64,000 nt of DNA. Source: Acidobacteriota bacterium. GTDB taxonomy: Bacteria; Acidobacteriota; Blastocatellia; UBA7656. The stretch lies in contig JACQDB010000030.1 in assembly GCA_016201275.1 (NCBI GenBank), positions 65,864 through 129,863 of the forward strand. The letters run 5' to 3'. Below the pieces are notes generated by a model, which saw only the letters and a list, made by a program, of their open reading frames with translations, ran no database searches and was not told the origin of the DNA. Positions 52,642 to 62,161 of this stretch are shown here, piece by piece (the stretch's first letter is position 1; each line of letters opens with the position of its first letter). A program made the position numbers and the translations under genes.

Positions 52642-53310
52642 TTAATCCCGATCACATTTTTTAAGCTGGTCCTTGTTTGAGAAGCGCATCGCCATCGGTT
52701 TTGATCGTCCTCCCTCAGTCCATAAATAGCCATAATTCAGCCAGCGTTTTTTTAACTCTTCCAGATTGTTGTCATAACTAAATCGCCCGCTTATTGTCCA
52801 GATACTGAACTGTGCGTAATGCTCATTTACACTGAAATGCTCATATGCCAAGTTTGGATGACCATCAAGATCAAAGAAAAATAAAACGGTTTCAGCCTTT
52901 TGCTCATAATCATCTCCCGGTTTTAGTATCAGGAAATCTTCACTCGGAAAGTCGCCTTCTGGTTTTGTGGAGCGAGACGTTATGGCAAAATCAATATTGC
53001 CTTCCATTTCGTACTGCCCCGATTCGGCATCTTCTTGGGTATGGGCAACCATTTCTCTGCCAATAGTCCCACTCTTTTTGTGAAGAATAATCGGATAGCT
53101 GCCGCTGTTGGCGTACTTCGTTTTGAGTTTCAAGTCTATGCGGATGGGTAGCAGCTTACTTTCCCGCAGACATTCTTTTTGTGCCACCACAGAGGTTGTA
53201 ATTTCAAGGTTGGCTCCAACTTTATTCTTGATGCTTGACTCCCTCTCTTGTGCAAATGTGAGGATAGGAATAAGCAATAAGTTCAGCAAGAACAAAATGA
53301 GTTTATTCAT
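52642..53310 (-). CDS. Hypothetical secreted protein in a low-GC patch
   Basis: MNKLILFLLNLLLIPILTFAQ signal peptide. AT-rich codon usage unlike the neighbours. No recognisable domain. Confidence 0.4.
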   Translation of the reverse strand: MNKLILFLLNLLLIPILTFAQERESSIKNKVGANLEITTSVVAQKECLRESKLLPIRIDLKLKTKYANSGSYPIILHKKSGTIGREMVAHTQEDAESGQYEMEGNIDFAITSRSTKPEGDFPSEDFLILKPGDDYEQKAETVLFFFDLDGHPNLAYEHFSVNEHYAQFSIWTISGRFSYDNNLEELKKRWLNYGYLWTEGGRSKPMAMRFSNKDQLKKCDRD

Positions 53311-53361
53311 AGCAACCTTTTTGAAACGAACTTCATGCTTGAGGGCTATGCTTGAGCAAAA

Positions 53362-54111
53362 TCAATTTCCGCTTTTGGCGCTGGCCAGACGCTGCGACGA
53401 TTTGCTCACGATAATTTGATTGTACGAGGGGAATGTCTCTTTTGCCGTTTCGGAAGCCCTGGGAGTGGCTACCGTGTTTACCGGCAATGGCGCAAGGTTC
53501 GAGCGCAAGCCCGCGTAACGCGAATAGATGGCGCGCACATAATTCTGGGTTTCCGAAAAAGGCGGTATGCGATTGCCGTAAAACTCGACCGCGCCCTCAC
53601 CGGCATTGTAAGCGGCCAGTGCCAAGCGCACATCGCCGTTGAAGCGTTCCAGCAACCAGCGCAGATATTTGGCACCGCCTAAAATATTTTCCCGCACATC
53701 GAAAATATTGCGGACCCCAAAACGCATCGCTGTCGCTGGCATCAACTGCATCAATCCCGAAGCGCCTTTGGGCGACACCGCATTGCGATTGAAACCCGAT
53801 TCGTGGCGCATCACCGATAGAATCAAATATGGATCGAGGCCATGCGTCATAGCGGCTTCGCTGACAAACCCATCTATCGCTGCATTGCCCGAAGAGATGC
53901 GTCCGCCTATTGCGGCGGGAATCCTGACCACATTCGTTGCCGGAGTGGGCGTCACCGCAGTTGGCTTTGCTACGGCTTCGGCGCGCCTCTGATTCTGTTG
54001 TTCGCCGGTCAACGGAACCGGCGGGATTTTAGGCGGCGACAGCGGCCCCTGCGCCTGCGCCGAAAGGGTGGCGATGAATACCACTGCAAGAGATAAAAAA
54101 ATCTTCGACAT
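53362..54111 (-). CDS. Lytic transglycosylase (SLT domain)
   Basis: Signal peptide, then ILSVMRHESGFNRNAVSPKGASGLMQLMPATA...AAYNAGEG (catalytic Glu in ES motif). Confidence 0.85.
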   Translation of the reverse strand: MSKIFLSLAVVFIATLSAQAQGPLSPPKIPPVPLTGEQQNQRRAEAVAKPTAVTPTPATNVVRIPAAIGGRISSGNAAIDGFVSEAAMTHGLDPYLILSVMRHESGFNRNAVSPKGASGLMQLMPATAMRFGVRNIFDVRENILGGAKYLRWLLERFNGDVRLALAAYNAGEGAVEFYGNRIPPFSETQNYVRAIYSRYAGLRSNLAPLPVNTVATPRASETAKETFPSYNQIIVSKSSQRLASAKSGN

Positions 54112-54117
54112 AAAAAC

Positions 54118-55122
54118 CTATTGCACCACTAATCTGGCAATTTCCAGATTATCATCACCACGCAGCAAAAGCACCAGTCTTTCTTTGGCGGCGACCAGCT
54201 TGGCGTCGAAGGCGATCACGCCCGTCAAGGTTTCCGAAGGGGCAAGCGTATTTTCAGGTTTCGATTGATTCAACTCCACAGGAATCGGCTGCGAGGCCTT
54301 GAGCGCCCCCGATTCCAGGGCGATAGCGGCAAAGGTGAAATCTTTGTCGCTGGCGTTTTGAATGGTATAACGCAGATAGGATTTCCCGGCAATCGTGAAC
54401 ATATCCGAGGCAAGCGTGATGATCACTTTTTTGATTTCGAGGCGCGGCGTTTTGACCTCGGCTCGCTGGACGCCGCCCAGCAGCGTTTGAATAAAACGGC
54501 GTTCCATTTCCTGCGAGCCGCGTCCGCTGGCTTGGCGTTCGCTTTCCGCAGCGCGGCTTTCGGCTTCGCTGGTGATGCGATTGGCATCTTCACGCGCCTT
54601 GCGAAGAATCTCGTCGGCCTTGGCCTGTGCCGCCTGTTCGATGGCGACTTTGCGTTTTTCCAGATCGGCTTCCGCAATGCAGGGCTTGTCTGCGCCGCCA
54701 GTGGTCGGCGGATTTTCCGGCGACGCCAGGCCGGTTTTCGGGTCTAGCACATTAATCACTCGATGCGCCTGATTGAACGGCACTACCGAGAGATCGAAAT
54801 TGTAGGTCTTTCTGCCATCGCCGGTTTTGACGAACATATTGCTTAAGCCTTTCGGCGCAATCGGTTTGATAAACACATCATTGTCGCCCTGCTGCACCAC
54901 GAACGTGCCTTTGCCGCTCTGCTGGTCATAGAGATCGCCGCAGACCACTGAAGTGACCTTGTCGGGAAAAGTAATGCGCGTGGTAATAGAGACCGCAGTC
55001 CGCACACTACAGGATTGTTCCGGTGCCAGGGTGACGGATGTGATTTGCGCTTTGGCTTCGATGTTAAGCACCGAGGCCAACACCGGGATAAGTAAAACCA
55101 GATACTTCGCTACGGCTTTCAA
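54118..55122 (-). CDS. Secreted two-domain protein with central coiled coil; N-domain resembles VirB9/TrbG/CagX beta-sandwich (tentative)
   Basis: Signal peptide. The stretch ITFPDKVTSVVCGDLYDQQSGKGTFVVQQGDNDVFIKPIAPKGLSNMFVKTGDGRKTYNFDL follows the VirB9-like pattern (F.D..I..V..GD...W.V....N.LFIKP......N..V.T..R.Y.F.L). Only a pattern-level match. Confidence 0.35.
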   Translation of the reverse strand: MKAVAKYLVLLIPVLASVLNIEAKAQITSVTLAPEQSCSVRTAVSITTRITFPDKVTSVVCGDLYDQQSGKGTFVVQQGDNDVFIKPIAPKGLSNMFVKTGDGRKTYNFDLSVVPFNQAHRVINVLDPKTGLASPENPPTTGGADKPCIAEADLEKRKVAIEQAAQAKADEILRKAREDANRITSEAESRAAESERQASGRGSQEMERRFIQTLLGGVQRAEVKTPRLEIKKVIITLASDMFTIAGKSYLRYTIQNASDKDFTFAAIALESGALKASQPIPVELNQSKPENTLAPSETLTGVIAFDAKLVAAKERLVLLLRGDDNLEIARLVVQ

Positions 55123-55372
55123 GTTCTCGCCTCCTAACCTGCTTTATGCTTCTGGCGAAAGTGGGGGAGGAAACCAGAGCATATTAAAAATTGCCGGATG
55201 ATGCCCTATTGTGACAAAGACTCCCTCACGAAATCAAGATATAAGTTGTTGCCTGCTTAGATCCCTGGCCGCAACCGCTGTGCAGCAAGGTCGGCTTGCC
55301 CTCAACAGCGGCAGTCCCTGGTTGACGAGTGTAGAACCGCGCCGCGCTACAGTGAATTGCCGTTTCCCTGAT

Positions 55373-55499
55373 TTAGAGCGGTTTTTGTTTGAGATTACGG
55401 AAACCTCAAACCCGTTGAGCGACGGTCGAAGACCCTCGCGGTCGAAGACCGCTGCTCAACGATAAGGTGTTCCGTACACCCATATGAAAACCGCTCTAG
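55373..55499. mobile_element. MITE-like palindromic repeat, family A, copy 2
   Basis: ~95% identical to 7058-7186. TA flanks on both sides. Ends 3 bp from the glgP stop codon. Confidence 0.6.
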
Positions 55500-55502
55500 T
55501 CT

Positions 55503-57974
55503 TTACTCCACATTTCTCATGTAGCGCTTGATGTTCCAAATCTCTCTGGCGTATTCCAGCACGGTGCGGTCGCTGGAAAATTTGCCGGTGCGCGCCACAT
55601 TCAAAATCGCTTTGCGCGACCACTCCTCTTGATTCAGATACTCCTGTCCGGCGCGCTCCTGCGCTTCGATATAAGAGGGCAAATCCGCCAGATGATAATA
55701 GTGGTCGCCGTAATTGAGGATGGCGTAAAACAGCCAGTTGAACAACCCCGGCTCGCCCGGATTGAAGCGGTCGGAGTTCAACGAATCCATCACTCGCTTG
55801 AGCCGCGCATCACGATAATAATAGTCCCAAGGGTTATACGAATTGGCTTCGCGCATAGCTTGAATCTCCGGCGCAGTCAGACCAAAGATAAAAATATTAT
55901 CGTCGCCCACCTCCTCTTTGATTTCGATATTCGCGCCATCGAGCGTTCCCATGGTCAACGCGCCGTTCATCGCAAATTTCATGTTGCCGGTTCCCGAAGC
56001 CTCCATTCCGGCAGTCGAAATCTGTTCGCTGAGGTTGGCCGCCGGAATGATTTTTTCCGCCAGCGAAACGCGATAATCGGGAATGAAAACTACTTTAATG
56101 TATTCGTTGGCGCGTGGGTCGTGGTTGATAACCTGACCGAGATTGTTGATTAATTTGATAATCTGTTTGGCCGCCCAATACCCCGGCGCGGCTTTACCGG
56201 CGAAGATGTAGGTGCGCGGCACCACGGGCGTCCGGTTGTCTTCGACCAGCGAGAAATAGTCGTGAATGATTCTCATGCAATTGAGCAGTTGGCGTTTGTA
56301 TTCGTGCATTCGTTTGATATGAACATCGAACAGCGAATCGGGATCAACGGTGATGGCGCAGGTATCTTTGATGACCTTTGCCAGACGCTCTTTGTTGGCG
56401 TGTTTGATGCTGCGAAACTCCTGCTGAAACTGTTTGACTTCGGCATATTGTTCCAGTTCGCGCAACTCATCGAGTTCCATAATCCAGCCATCGCCAATCG
56501 TGCTGCTGATTAATTTCGCCAACGCTCGATTGGCTTTCAACAACCAGCGGCGTTGCGTCACGCCGTTGGTTTTGTTGTTGAATTTCTCCGGCCACAGTTG
56601 ATAAAAATCCGGCACCAGAGAGTGCTTGACCAACTCCGTATGCAAGGCCGAAACGCCGTTGACCGAATGGCTGCCGACGATGGACAGATGCGCCATGCGT
56701 ACTTGCGGGTCGCCGTCTTCGGTGATGATGGACATACGTTTGGCGCGCTCGAAATCCTCCGGCCAAACCATCGCGACGCGCTCCAGAAAACGGCGATTGA
56801 TTTCGCGTATGATTTGCAGATGGCGCGGCACCACCTGTTCGAGCAGAGAGACCGGCCAACGCTCCAGCGCTTCTGCCATCAAGGTGTGATTGGTGTAGCC
56901 AAAGGTCGCCTGTGTGGTCTCCCAGGCCGCGTCCCAATCCAGCTCTTTTTCATCAATCAACACGCGCATCAACTCGGCGATGGCCAGCGTCGGATGAGTG
57001 TCGTTGAGTTGAATGGCCACCTTGCTGGCGAACGGCTGAAAATCGTCATGCGTTTTGTGATACCGCCGGATGATGTCTTTGATGGCGCAGGCCACCAGAA
57101 AATACTCTTGCATCAAACGCAGTTCGCGGCCTGATTTCACCGAGTCCGAGGGATAAAGAACTTTGGAAATGGTCTCGGAGGTAATCTTCTGCTCGACCGC
57201 TTTCATGTAATCGCCGCCGTTGAAAATGTCCATATCGAATTCCTGCGACGAGCTTGCCGTATAGAGGCGCAGATAATTCACCGTGCGTCCGCCATAGCCG
57301 ACGATGGGAAAATCGTGCGGCACGCCGATGACGATTTTGGCATCCTTCCAGTTCGGGTGATATTGAAACTGGCCGCCCTGAGCGCTTTCAATGCGCCCAT
57401 AAACCGGAATCTGGCAGGCGTAATCGGGGCGCTTGATTTCCCAAGGCGTGCCGTAAGCCAACCAGTGATCGGGGTCTTCTTTTTGAGAGCCGTTACGGAT
57501 GACCTGTTTGAACAGACCGTATTCATAGTTGATGCCGTAACCGAAACCCGGCATATCCAAAGTGGCAAGCGAATCCAGAAAACAAGCCGCCAGCCGCCCC
57601 AGCCCACCATTGCCTAGCGCTGCATCGGGTTCGATTTCGCGCACCTCTTCAAAATCCACGCCCATTTCGATGAGGGCGTCGCGGCACACTTCAAAAGCGC
57701 CCATGTTGATGAGATTGTTGCCGAGCGAACGCCCCATCAGAAATTCCATCGAAAGATAATAAACGCGCTTGGCATCCGATTGCCGATAGCGGTCTTCGGT
57801 TTCCAGCAATCTGTCCATGATGCGGTCGCGTGCCGCCAGCGCCACCGCGTAAAACAATTCTCGCGGCAACAAATCCGTCCACGCTTTGCCTATCGAATAA
57901 CGCACATGTTCGAGCAGCGACTCCTGAAACGCCTGCACGGTATTGTCCAACTCCAAATCCTTCTCGCTAACCAT
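55503..57974 (-). CDS. glgP: Glycogen/alpha-glucan phosphorylase (GT35)
   Basis: 823 aa. ALGNGGLGRLAACFLDS and the PLP-Lys region ISTAGMEASGTGNMKFAMNGALTMGTLDGANIE. Confidence 0.95.
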   Translation of the reverse strand: MVSEKDLELDNTVQAFQESLLEHVRYSIGKAWTDLLPRELFYAVALAARDRIMDRLLETEDRYRQSDAKRVYYLSMEFLMGRSLGNNLINMGAFEVCRDALIEMGVDFEEVREIEPDAALGNGGLGRLAACFLDSLATLDMPGFGYGINYEYGLFKQVIRNGSQKEDPDHWLAYGTPWEIKRPDYACQIPVYGRIESAQGGQFQYHPNWKDAKIVIGVPHDFPIVGYGGRTVNYLRLYTASSSQEFDMDIFNGGDYMKAVEQKITSETISKVLYPSDSVKSGRELRLMQEYFLVACAIKDIIRRYHKTHDDFQPFASKVAIQLNDTHPTLAIAELMRVLIDEKELDWDAAWETTQATFGYTNHTLMAEALERWPVSLLEQVVPRHLQIIREINRRFLERVAMVWPEDFERAKRMSIITEDGDPQVRMAHLSIVGSHSVNGVSALHTELVKHSLVPDFYQLWPEKFNNKTNGVTQRRWLLKANRALAKLISSTIGDGWIMELDELRELEQYAEVKQFQQEFRSIKHANKERLAKVIKDTCAITVDPDSLFDVHIKRMHEYKRQLLNCMRIIHDYFSLVEDNRTPVVPRTYIFAGKAAPGYWAAKQIIKLINNLGQVINHDPRANEYIKVVFIPDYRVSLAEKIIPAANLSEQISTAGMEASGTGNMKFAMNGALTMGTLDGANIEIKEEVGDDNIFIFGLTAPEIQAMREANSYNPWDYYYRDARLKRVMDSLNSDRFNPGEPGLFNWLFYAILNYGDHYYHLADLPSYIEAQERAGQEYLNQEEWSRKAILNVARTGKFSSDRTVLEYAREIWNIKRYMRNVE

Positions 57975-58090
57975 CTATGAAAATCCTTCCACTGTTTTAT
58001 TATGGCTCTGCAAAGCGGAAAAGCCAGACTCTTAAAAACCAATGAATCTAGCATAATCGTGCCTCACCAGCCAAAGCGCTTGGGCGGAGA

Positions 58091-58360
58091 CTAAAATTCT
58101 TCTTCATCATTTTCCACGGCGAGGATTTCATAAAGCGTCGCGGCCTGCGCTTTGGTGGGTGGTTTGAGAGGAACATCCAGCACCCGAACCGTGGTGCGGC
58201 GTCCGTGCTGTTTGAGGGTGAGAGTATCGCCAACGCGCACTTCGCGGGCGCTTTTGGCAAGGGCCTGATTGAGCCTGATCGCGCCCGCTTCGCACAACTG
58301 CTGCGCCACGGTGCGGCGCGGAATCAAGCGGGAAAGTTTTAAGAAAATATCCAGACGCAT
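58091..58360 (-). CDS. S4-domain RNA-binding protein (Hsp15/YlmH-like)
   Basis: 89 aa. MRLDIFLKLSRLIPRRTVAQQLCEAGAIRLN...VRVGD matches the S4 fold consensus. Confidence 0.7.
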   Translation of the reverse strand: MRLDIFLKLSRLIPRRTVAQQLCEAGAIRLNQALAKSAREVRVGDTLTLKQHGRRTTVRVLDVPLKPPTKAQAATLYEILAVENDEEEF

Positions 58361-58473
58361 GATGTATAGTCGCCCATCGCCCCTTTGATGATGCCCAATC
58401 GGGCGCGGACGCTTTCGGTTTGGCCTTGTGTCTTCGCCTTTTTCAGTCTAGCAGTCAGCGCCCACAAATCCCA

Positions 58474-58755
58474 GGGTAGTGGGGCAAGGAGGAGAGCAAA
58501 GAAAAGTTTGGCGTACCGCCTTCAGACCAATGGCGTTAAGTTGTACCGCCGACGGTCTAGTCTGCGGCTGACAGCAGCAAGCTACGACTGGGATTTCGTG
58601 CGCTTCTGCCACCAAGTCCGCCGCCGGCTAGACCGCCGGCGGTACCGTTTTTCTTAACTTCATGCCATTGGCCTTCAGGCGGCGGCTGCCGCAAGCCATA
58701 AAACCGTCGGAAGGCGCAACGCCAAACTCCTTCTCTCCTCCTTGCTCCTCTACCC
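58474..58755. mobile_element. MITE-like element, family B, long composite/nested palindrome copy
   Basis: Left arm GGTAGTGGGGCAAGGAGGAGAG...GTTTGGCGTACCGCC and right arm GGCGCAACGCCAAAC...CTCTCCTCCTTGCTCCTCTACC are inverted copies. The ~120-bp centre is itself palindromic (GTTAAGTTGTACCGCCGACGGTCTAG...CTAGACCGCCGGCGGTACCGTTTTTCTTAAC). Confidence 0.5.
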
Positions 58756-59373
58756 GAAAAGGTTTTGCTGCAAGTAAATATTGGGCGGCGCTGCCGCGAG
58801 AGTGGGGAGCATCGCTTACGGACAGGCGCAGCCTTTCCGCACCTCAAAGCGGCACCGCCGCACAGAGTTCAACTCTCACAACTAAGCTGGGTAGTTAGAG
58901 GTTGTCGCATAAAAGGATTTTCTGTCCAGATATTGTATGTGATAGTGTAACTATCTACAACATATAGACGGCTGCGGGGATTCTGCGACGCCCTTTAATT
59001 ATCAATAAGCTTCCTATTTACTCAGTGCACAGCGCGATGGCTTCGCGTAAAAAAGTCGGCGGGTCGCGTTTCGGCACAAACTCGTGCGCCAGATAACCGG
59101 TGAAGCCTCTCGCCACAATCGTTTTGCACAGTGCCACTCAAGGCAACTTCTGCGCGTCGTCTAGTTCGTTGCGACGCTTTTTTGAAGCCGAGGTCGCACC
59201 CCTCGTTCGCGGCTCCGTTTGACCACGAGAGATGCGCGAAATAGAAAGCGGCAAAACCGCTTTGACAGCCATTCGGATTGCGTCTAAGATTGCCCCCAGA
59301 GCGGTAAAGAGCGGAACGGGAAACAAAAATAAGAACGTAGCAATCACGGATGGTAACGATAAGGAGTGCGGCT

Positions 59374-60057
59374 ATGAAGCATCGTTTGAAATGGATGCTC
59401 ATCGGGCTTGGTTTCACGTTTGGCATTCAGGCGGCCATCTCGCTGCTGGCCAAACTGCTGTTCGGCAAGGCGCAATCTTCGCAAGGCACTATATTGATTT
59501 TACTCTTCGGCCTGACCTTGGGAGCCTTCCTCGTCGGCGGCTTTGTCATCGGCTTGATGAGCGAAAAAATCCGCCTGCTGGATGCCGCCCTCGTCGCCGT
59601 GTTGACGCTCGCGTTCAATACCGTTTTGTTGACGCTGACCTCGCCGACCAGCGGTAATTTTATTGCCATGAACTGGCTCAACGATGCCTACGGTCATCTG
59701 TTCATCACGGGTCAAAGTTTTCTCTACATCGTGCTGGCGCTGGCATCGGCCATGGCGGGAACTTATCTCGGCTGGCGCATCATGACGCCGCAAGACGGGC
59801 AGTTCGACCGCATCGCTCTGCTGGTCGGGTTGATGGGCGCGGTCATCGGTCCCTTCGTCTTATTTTCGTTTGATGGCAGCGAGAGCGAAAGCGCCAGCGA
59901 CCAACAATTCCCCTGGTATTTTCTGGTCTTCGTCATTCTGCTGGTCTTGGTCATCATGGGCATAGGCTTTTTGATGTTCACCCGCGAAACCCACGACGCC
60001 GACGAGATTTCCATCAACCCGCACAAGGGCGATGAATATTTAATCGAACCCAAATAA
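59374..60057 (+). CDS. Hypothetical integral membrane protein (only plus-strand gene in the window)
   Basis: AAGGAG RBS 6 bp upstream of ATG 59374. Six hydrophobic segments and an acidic SESESASD loop. Confidence 0.5.
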   Translation: MKHRLKWMLIGLGFTFGIQAAISLLAKLLFGKAQSSQGTILILLFGLTLGAFLVGGFVIGLMSEKIRLLDAALVAVLTLAFNTVLLTLTSPTSGNFIAMNWLNDAYGHLFITGQSFLYIVLALASAMAGTYLGWRIMTPQDGQFDRIALLVGLMGAVIGPFVLFSFDGSESESASDQQFPWYFLVFVILLVLVIMGIGFLMFTRETHDADEISINPHKGDEYLIEPK

Positions 60058-60091
60058 TCAGCAACTCACAATGCAAATCGAAGGAGAGGGA

Positions 60092-60145
60092 GTTGAGAAG
60101 CGGTCTTTGACTGCGCTTTCCGACGGTCAAAGACCGCTTCTCAAC
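60092..60145. terminator. 20-bp perfect inverted repeat hairpin (GTTGAGAAGCGGTCTTTGAC / GTCAAAGACCGCTTCTCAAC) between convergent genes; terminator-like but without a U-tract
   Basis: Read directly. The core GTTGAG..GCGGTC...GACCGC..CTCAAC resembles the internal palindrome of family-A repeats. Confidence 0.4.
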
Positions 60146-60190
60146 AGTGCAATTCAGCACTCATCAAAATCACTCCAGCACACGAAGTCA

Positions 60191-62131
60191 TTAAATTTCA
60201 CCGCTGACTTTGCGTAACTCTCTGGCGATTTCGGCGGCGGACTGGTAACGCTCTGTAGGCGTCTTTTTTAACAACCGCTCGATGATGGTAATCAACGAAG
60301 CGGGGGCGTCTTTGCGTAATTTTTTAATCGCTACCGGAGCGCGTTTGTTGATCGTTTCGATGGTCTGAAAATAGGTGTCGCCTTCAAAAGGCAAACTGCC
60401 TGTGGTCATTTCATATAACACCACGCCGAACGAAAAAATATCAGATAGGTGGGTGACCTCGCTGCGTCCGGTCGCCTGTTCGGGCGACATATAATTCACC
60501 GTGCCAAGCAAAACGCCCGATTCCGTGAGCCTGTTTTTGGGCGTGCGCTCACTTAACAACGGCGTCGGTTTGGCCAGTCCGAAATCCAGCACCTTCACCT
60601 TGCCGCGTGAAGTAATCATGATATTGGCCGATTTAATATCGCGATGAATGACGCCGCGTTCGTGCGCTTCGGCCAGCGCTTCGGCCACCTGTTCGCCAAT
60701 TTCCAACACCTCTTTCAAGTGCATCTGTCCGTTGTTAATCCGCTCGTTGAGAGTTTCGCCTTCGACGCATTCCATGACGATGTAGGGATTCCCTGCGGCT
60801 TCGCCGATCTCATAAATCGTCGCTATATTCGGGTGATTGAGTTGCGAAGCCATGCGCGCCTCGCGCAGAAAACGCTGCTTCATGGTGTCGTTTTCGACAA
60901 ACCGGGAGGCCAGCACTTTGATGGCCACCGTGCGTTGCAAATCGGTATCGTAGGCTTCAAAGATTTCGCCCATGCCGCCTGCTCCCAGCGAACGGTGTAT
61001 GTCGAATCTACCGATGTGGCCGTGCGGTTCGATCAACGGCGGCGCGGCGACCTTTTCGGTCTTGCCATCGTGAACCGCCATCGCCGCACGGTCGGTATCG
61101 CGCAACTCCGTGGTAATCAGGCGCGGACGCGAAATCACCGAGGAAAACTTGCTCGAAAACAGACGCGGACCGCGTTCGTCCTCAATGAAATAACCGGCGC
61201 GTTTGAGGTCTTCGTAAATATGTTCCTGCTCTTTTTCGACGCGGCTGTGTTCGACAAAACTGCGAATGGCGCGGCGCTGGCCTTCGCCCATCTTGTCCCA
61301 TATAAAACGGAATTGCCCTTTGGCTTCGTCCAAAAAATTCTCTTCGACCTCTTCGCGGTGCAACTTGCCGTCGTTTTCCAGCAGATAATCGAAGTAGGCA
61401 GAGCAGGCAATTTGCAGAAAATAGGGGAACTGTCCGGCGATTTCCATGATGCGCCGCGCATAATGTTCCAGCGACAAACCTTCTTCGGTGGACGGTTTGA
61501 CAATCAACTCCATAGCCTCTTTGCGCGAGAACGCCCGCAGAAAAACATTGGTGAAGATATTGAAGAACGGCGAATCGGCGATCAGTTGGGTGTAACAAAG
61601 TTCCTGTAAATCCCGCGCCGAACTGGTCACATAAGCGACATCGTAGTTGTTGGCAATCGAACGCAGGAAGGAATAGAACTCCAGATCGAAAGCGCGATTG
61701 GTGGTGATGACATCGAATTCATCAAACAGCACGATGAGTTTGCGGCCTTCATTGCGAAAGCGTTCAAGCAAGCCGCGCAGGGAATCGAAATTCGGTGCAA
61801 GGGTTTTGATAGAGTCGTCAGTTATCTCTTTGGCGATGCACAAAAACAGTTCGACGAAAAATTCCGTGAGCGTCAATTTGCGTTTCTGTTGCAGGTCTAT
61901 GAGAACGAAAATATAGGCTTCGGGTTTATCAAGGAAGCGCGCACGAATCTGCGCGTGATTGATAAAGTAGAGCAACGACGATTTGCCGATACGACGGTCG
62001 CCGACTACGGAGATGGATTGCGGACGCGAGGCGGCAAGGCGCGAAAAGATTTTCGCAACCTCACGCGAGCGCCCATAAAACTGCTCCGGCTCTTTGATCG
62101 CCACACGATTTAAGTATGGATTACGCGGCAT
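60191..62131 (-). CDS. Fusion protein: N-terminal AAA/ORC-like (ATPase_2/AAA_16-type) NTPase + C-terminal Hanks-type Ser/Thr protein kinase
   Basis: N-terminus FYGRSREVAKIFSRL...VVGDRRIGKSSLL (Walker A) and LIVLFDEFDV (Walker B). C-terminus LGAGGMGEIF, VAIK, HRDIKSANIM, DFGLAK, and SPEQ (kinase subdomains I, II, VIb, VII, VIII). Confidence 0.85.
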   Translation of the reverse strand: MPRNPYLNRVAIKEPEQFYGRSREVAKIFSRLAASRPQSISVVGDRRIGKSSLLYFINHAQIRARFLDKPEAYIFVLIDLQQKRKLTLTEFFVELFLCIAKEITDDSIKTLAPNFDSLRGLLERFRNEGRKLIVLFDEFDVITTNRAFDLEFYSFLRSIANNYDVAYVTSSARDLQELCYTQLIADSPFFNIFTNVFLRAFSRKEAMELIVKPSTEEGLSLEHYARRIMEIAGQFPYFLQIACSAYFDYLLENDGKLHREEVEENFLDEAKGQFRFIWDKMGEGQRRAIRSFVEHSRVEKEQEHIYEDLKRAGYFIEDERGPRLFSSKFSSVISRPRLITTELRDTDRAAMAVHDGKTEKVAAPPLIEPHGHIGRFDIHRSLGAGGMGEIFEAYDTDLQRTVAIKVLASRFVENDTMKQRFLREARMASQLNHPNIATIYEIGEAAGNPYIVMECVEGETLNERINNGQMHLKEVLEIGEQVAEALAEAHERGVIHRDIKSANIMITSRGKVKVLDFGLAKPTPLLSERTPKNRLTESGVLLGTVNYMSPEQATGRSEVTHLSDIFSFGVVLYEMTTGSLPFEGDTYFQTIETINKRAPVAIKKLRKDAPASLITIIERLLKKTPTERYQSAAEIARELRKVSGEI

Positions 62132-62161
62132 GAATTCTTCAACGCTCCCTCTGCTTCCGAC

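Noticed and set aside
52380-52733. 117-aa ORF and 58662-58898 78-aa ORF sharing FRRRLPQxIxPSEGxTPNS
   Set aside because: Same reasoning. The shared peptide is a translation of the family-B repeat.
58760-59373. Searched the ~600-bp AT-rich non-coding stretch for tRNA/tmRNA/ncRNA
   Set aside because: No tRNA-like T-arm (GTTCRANYC) or acceptor-stem pairing was found. No confident RNA gene is called.
59022-59426. 134-aa minus-strand ORF overlapping the start of the plus-strand membrane gene
   Set aside because: Low-complexity, Arg/Ser/Cys-rich translation with no motif. It overlaps the RBS and start of a better-supported gene.
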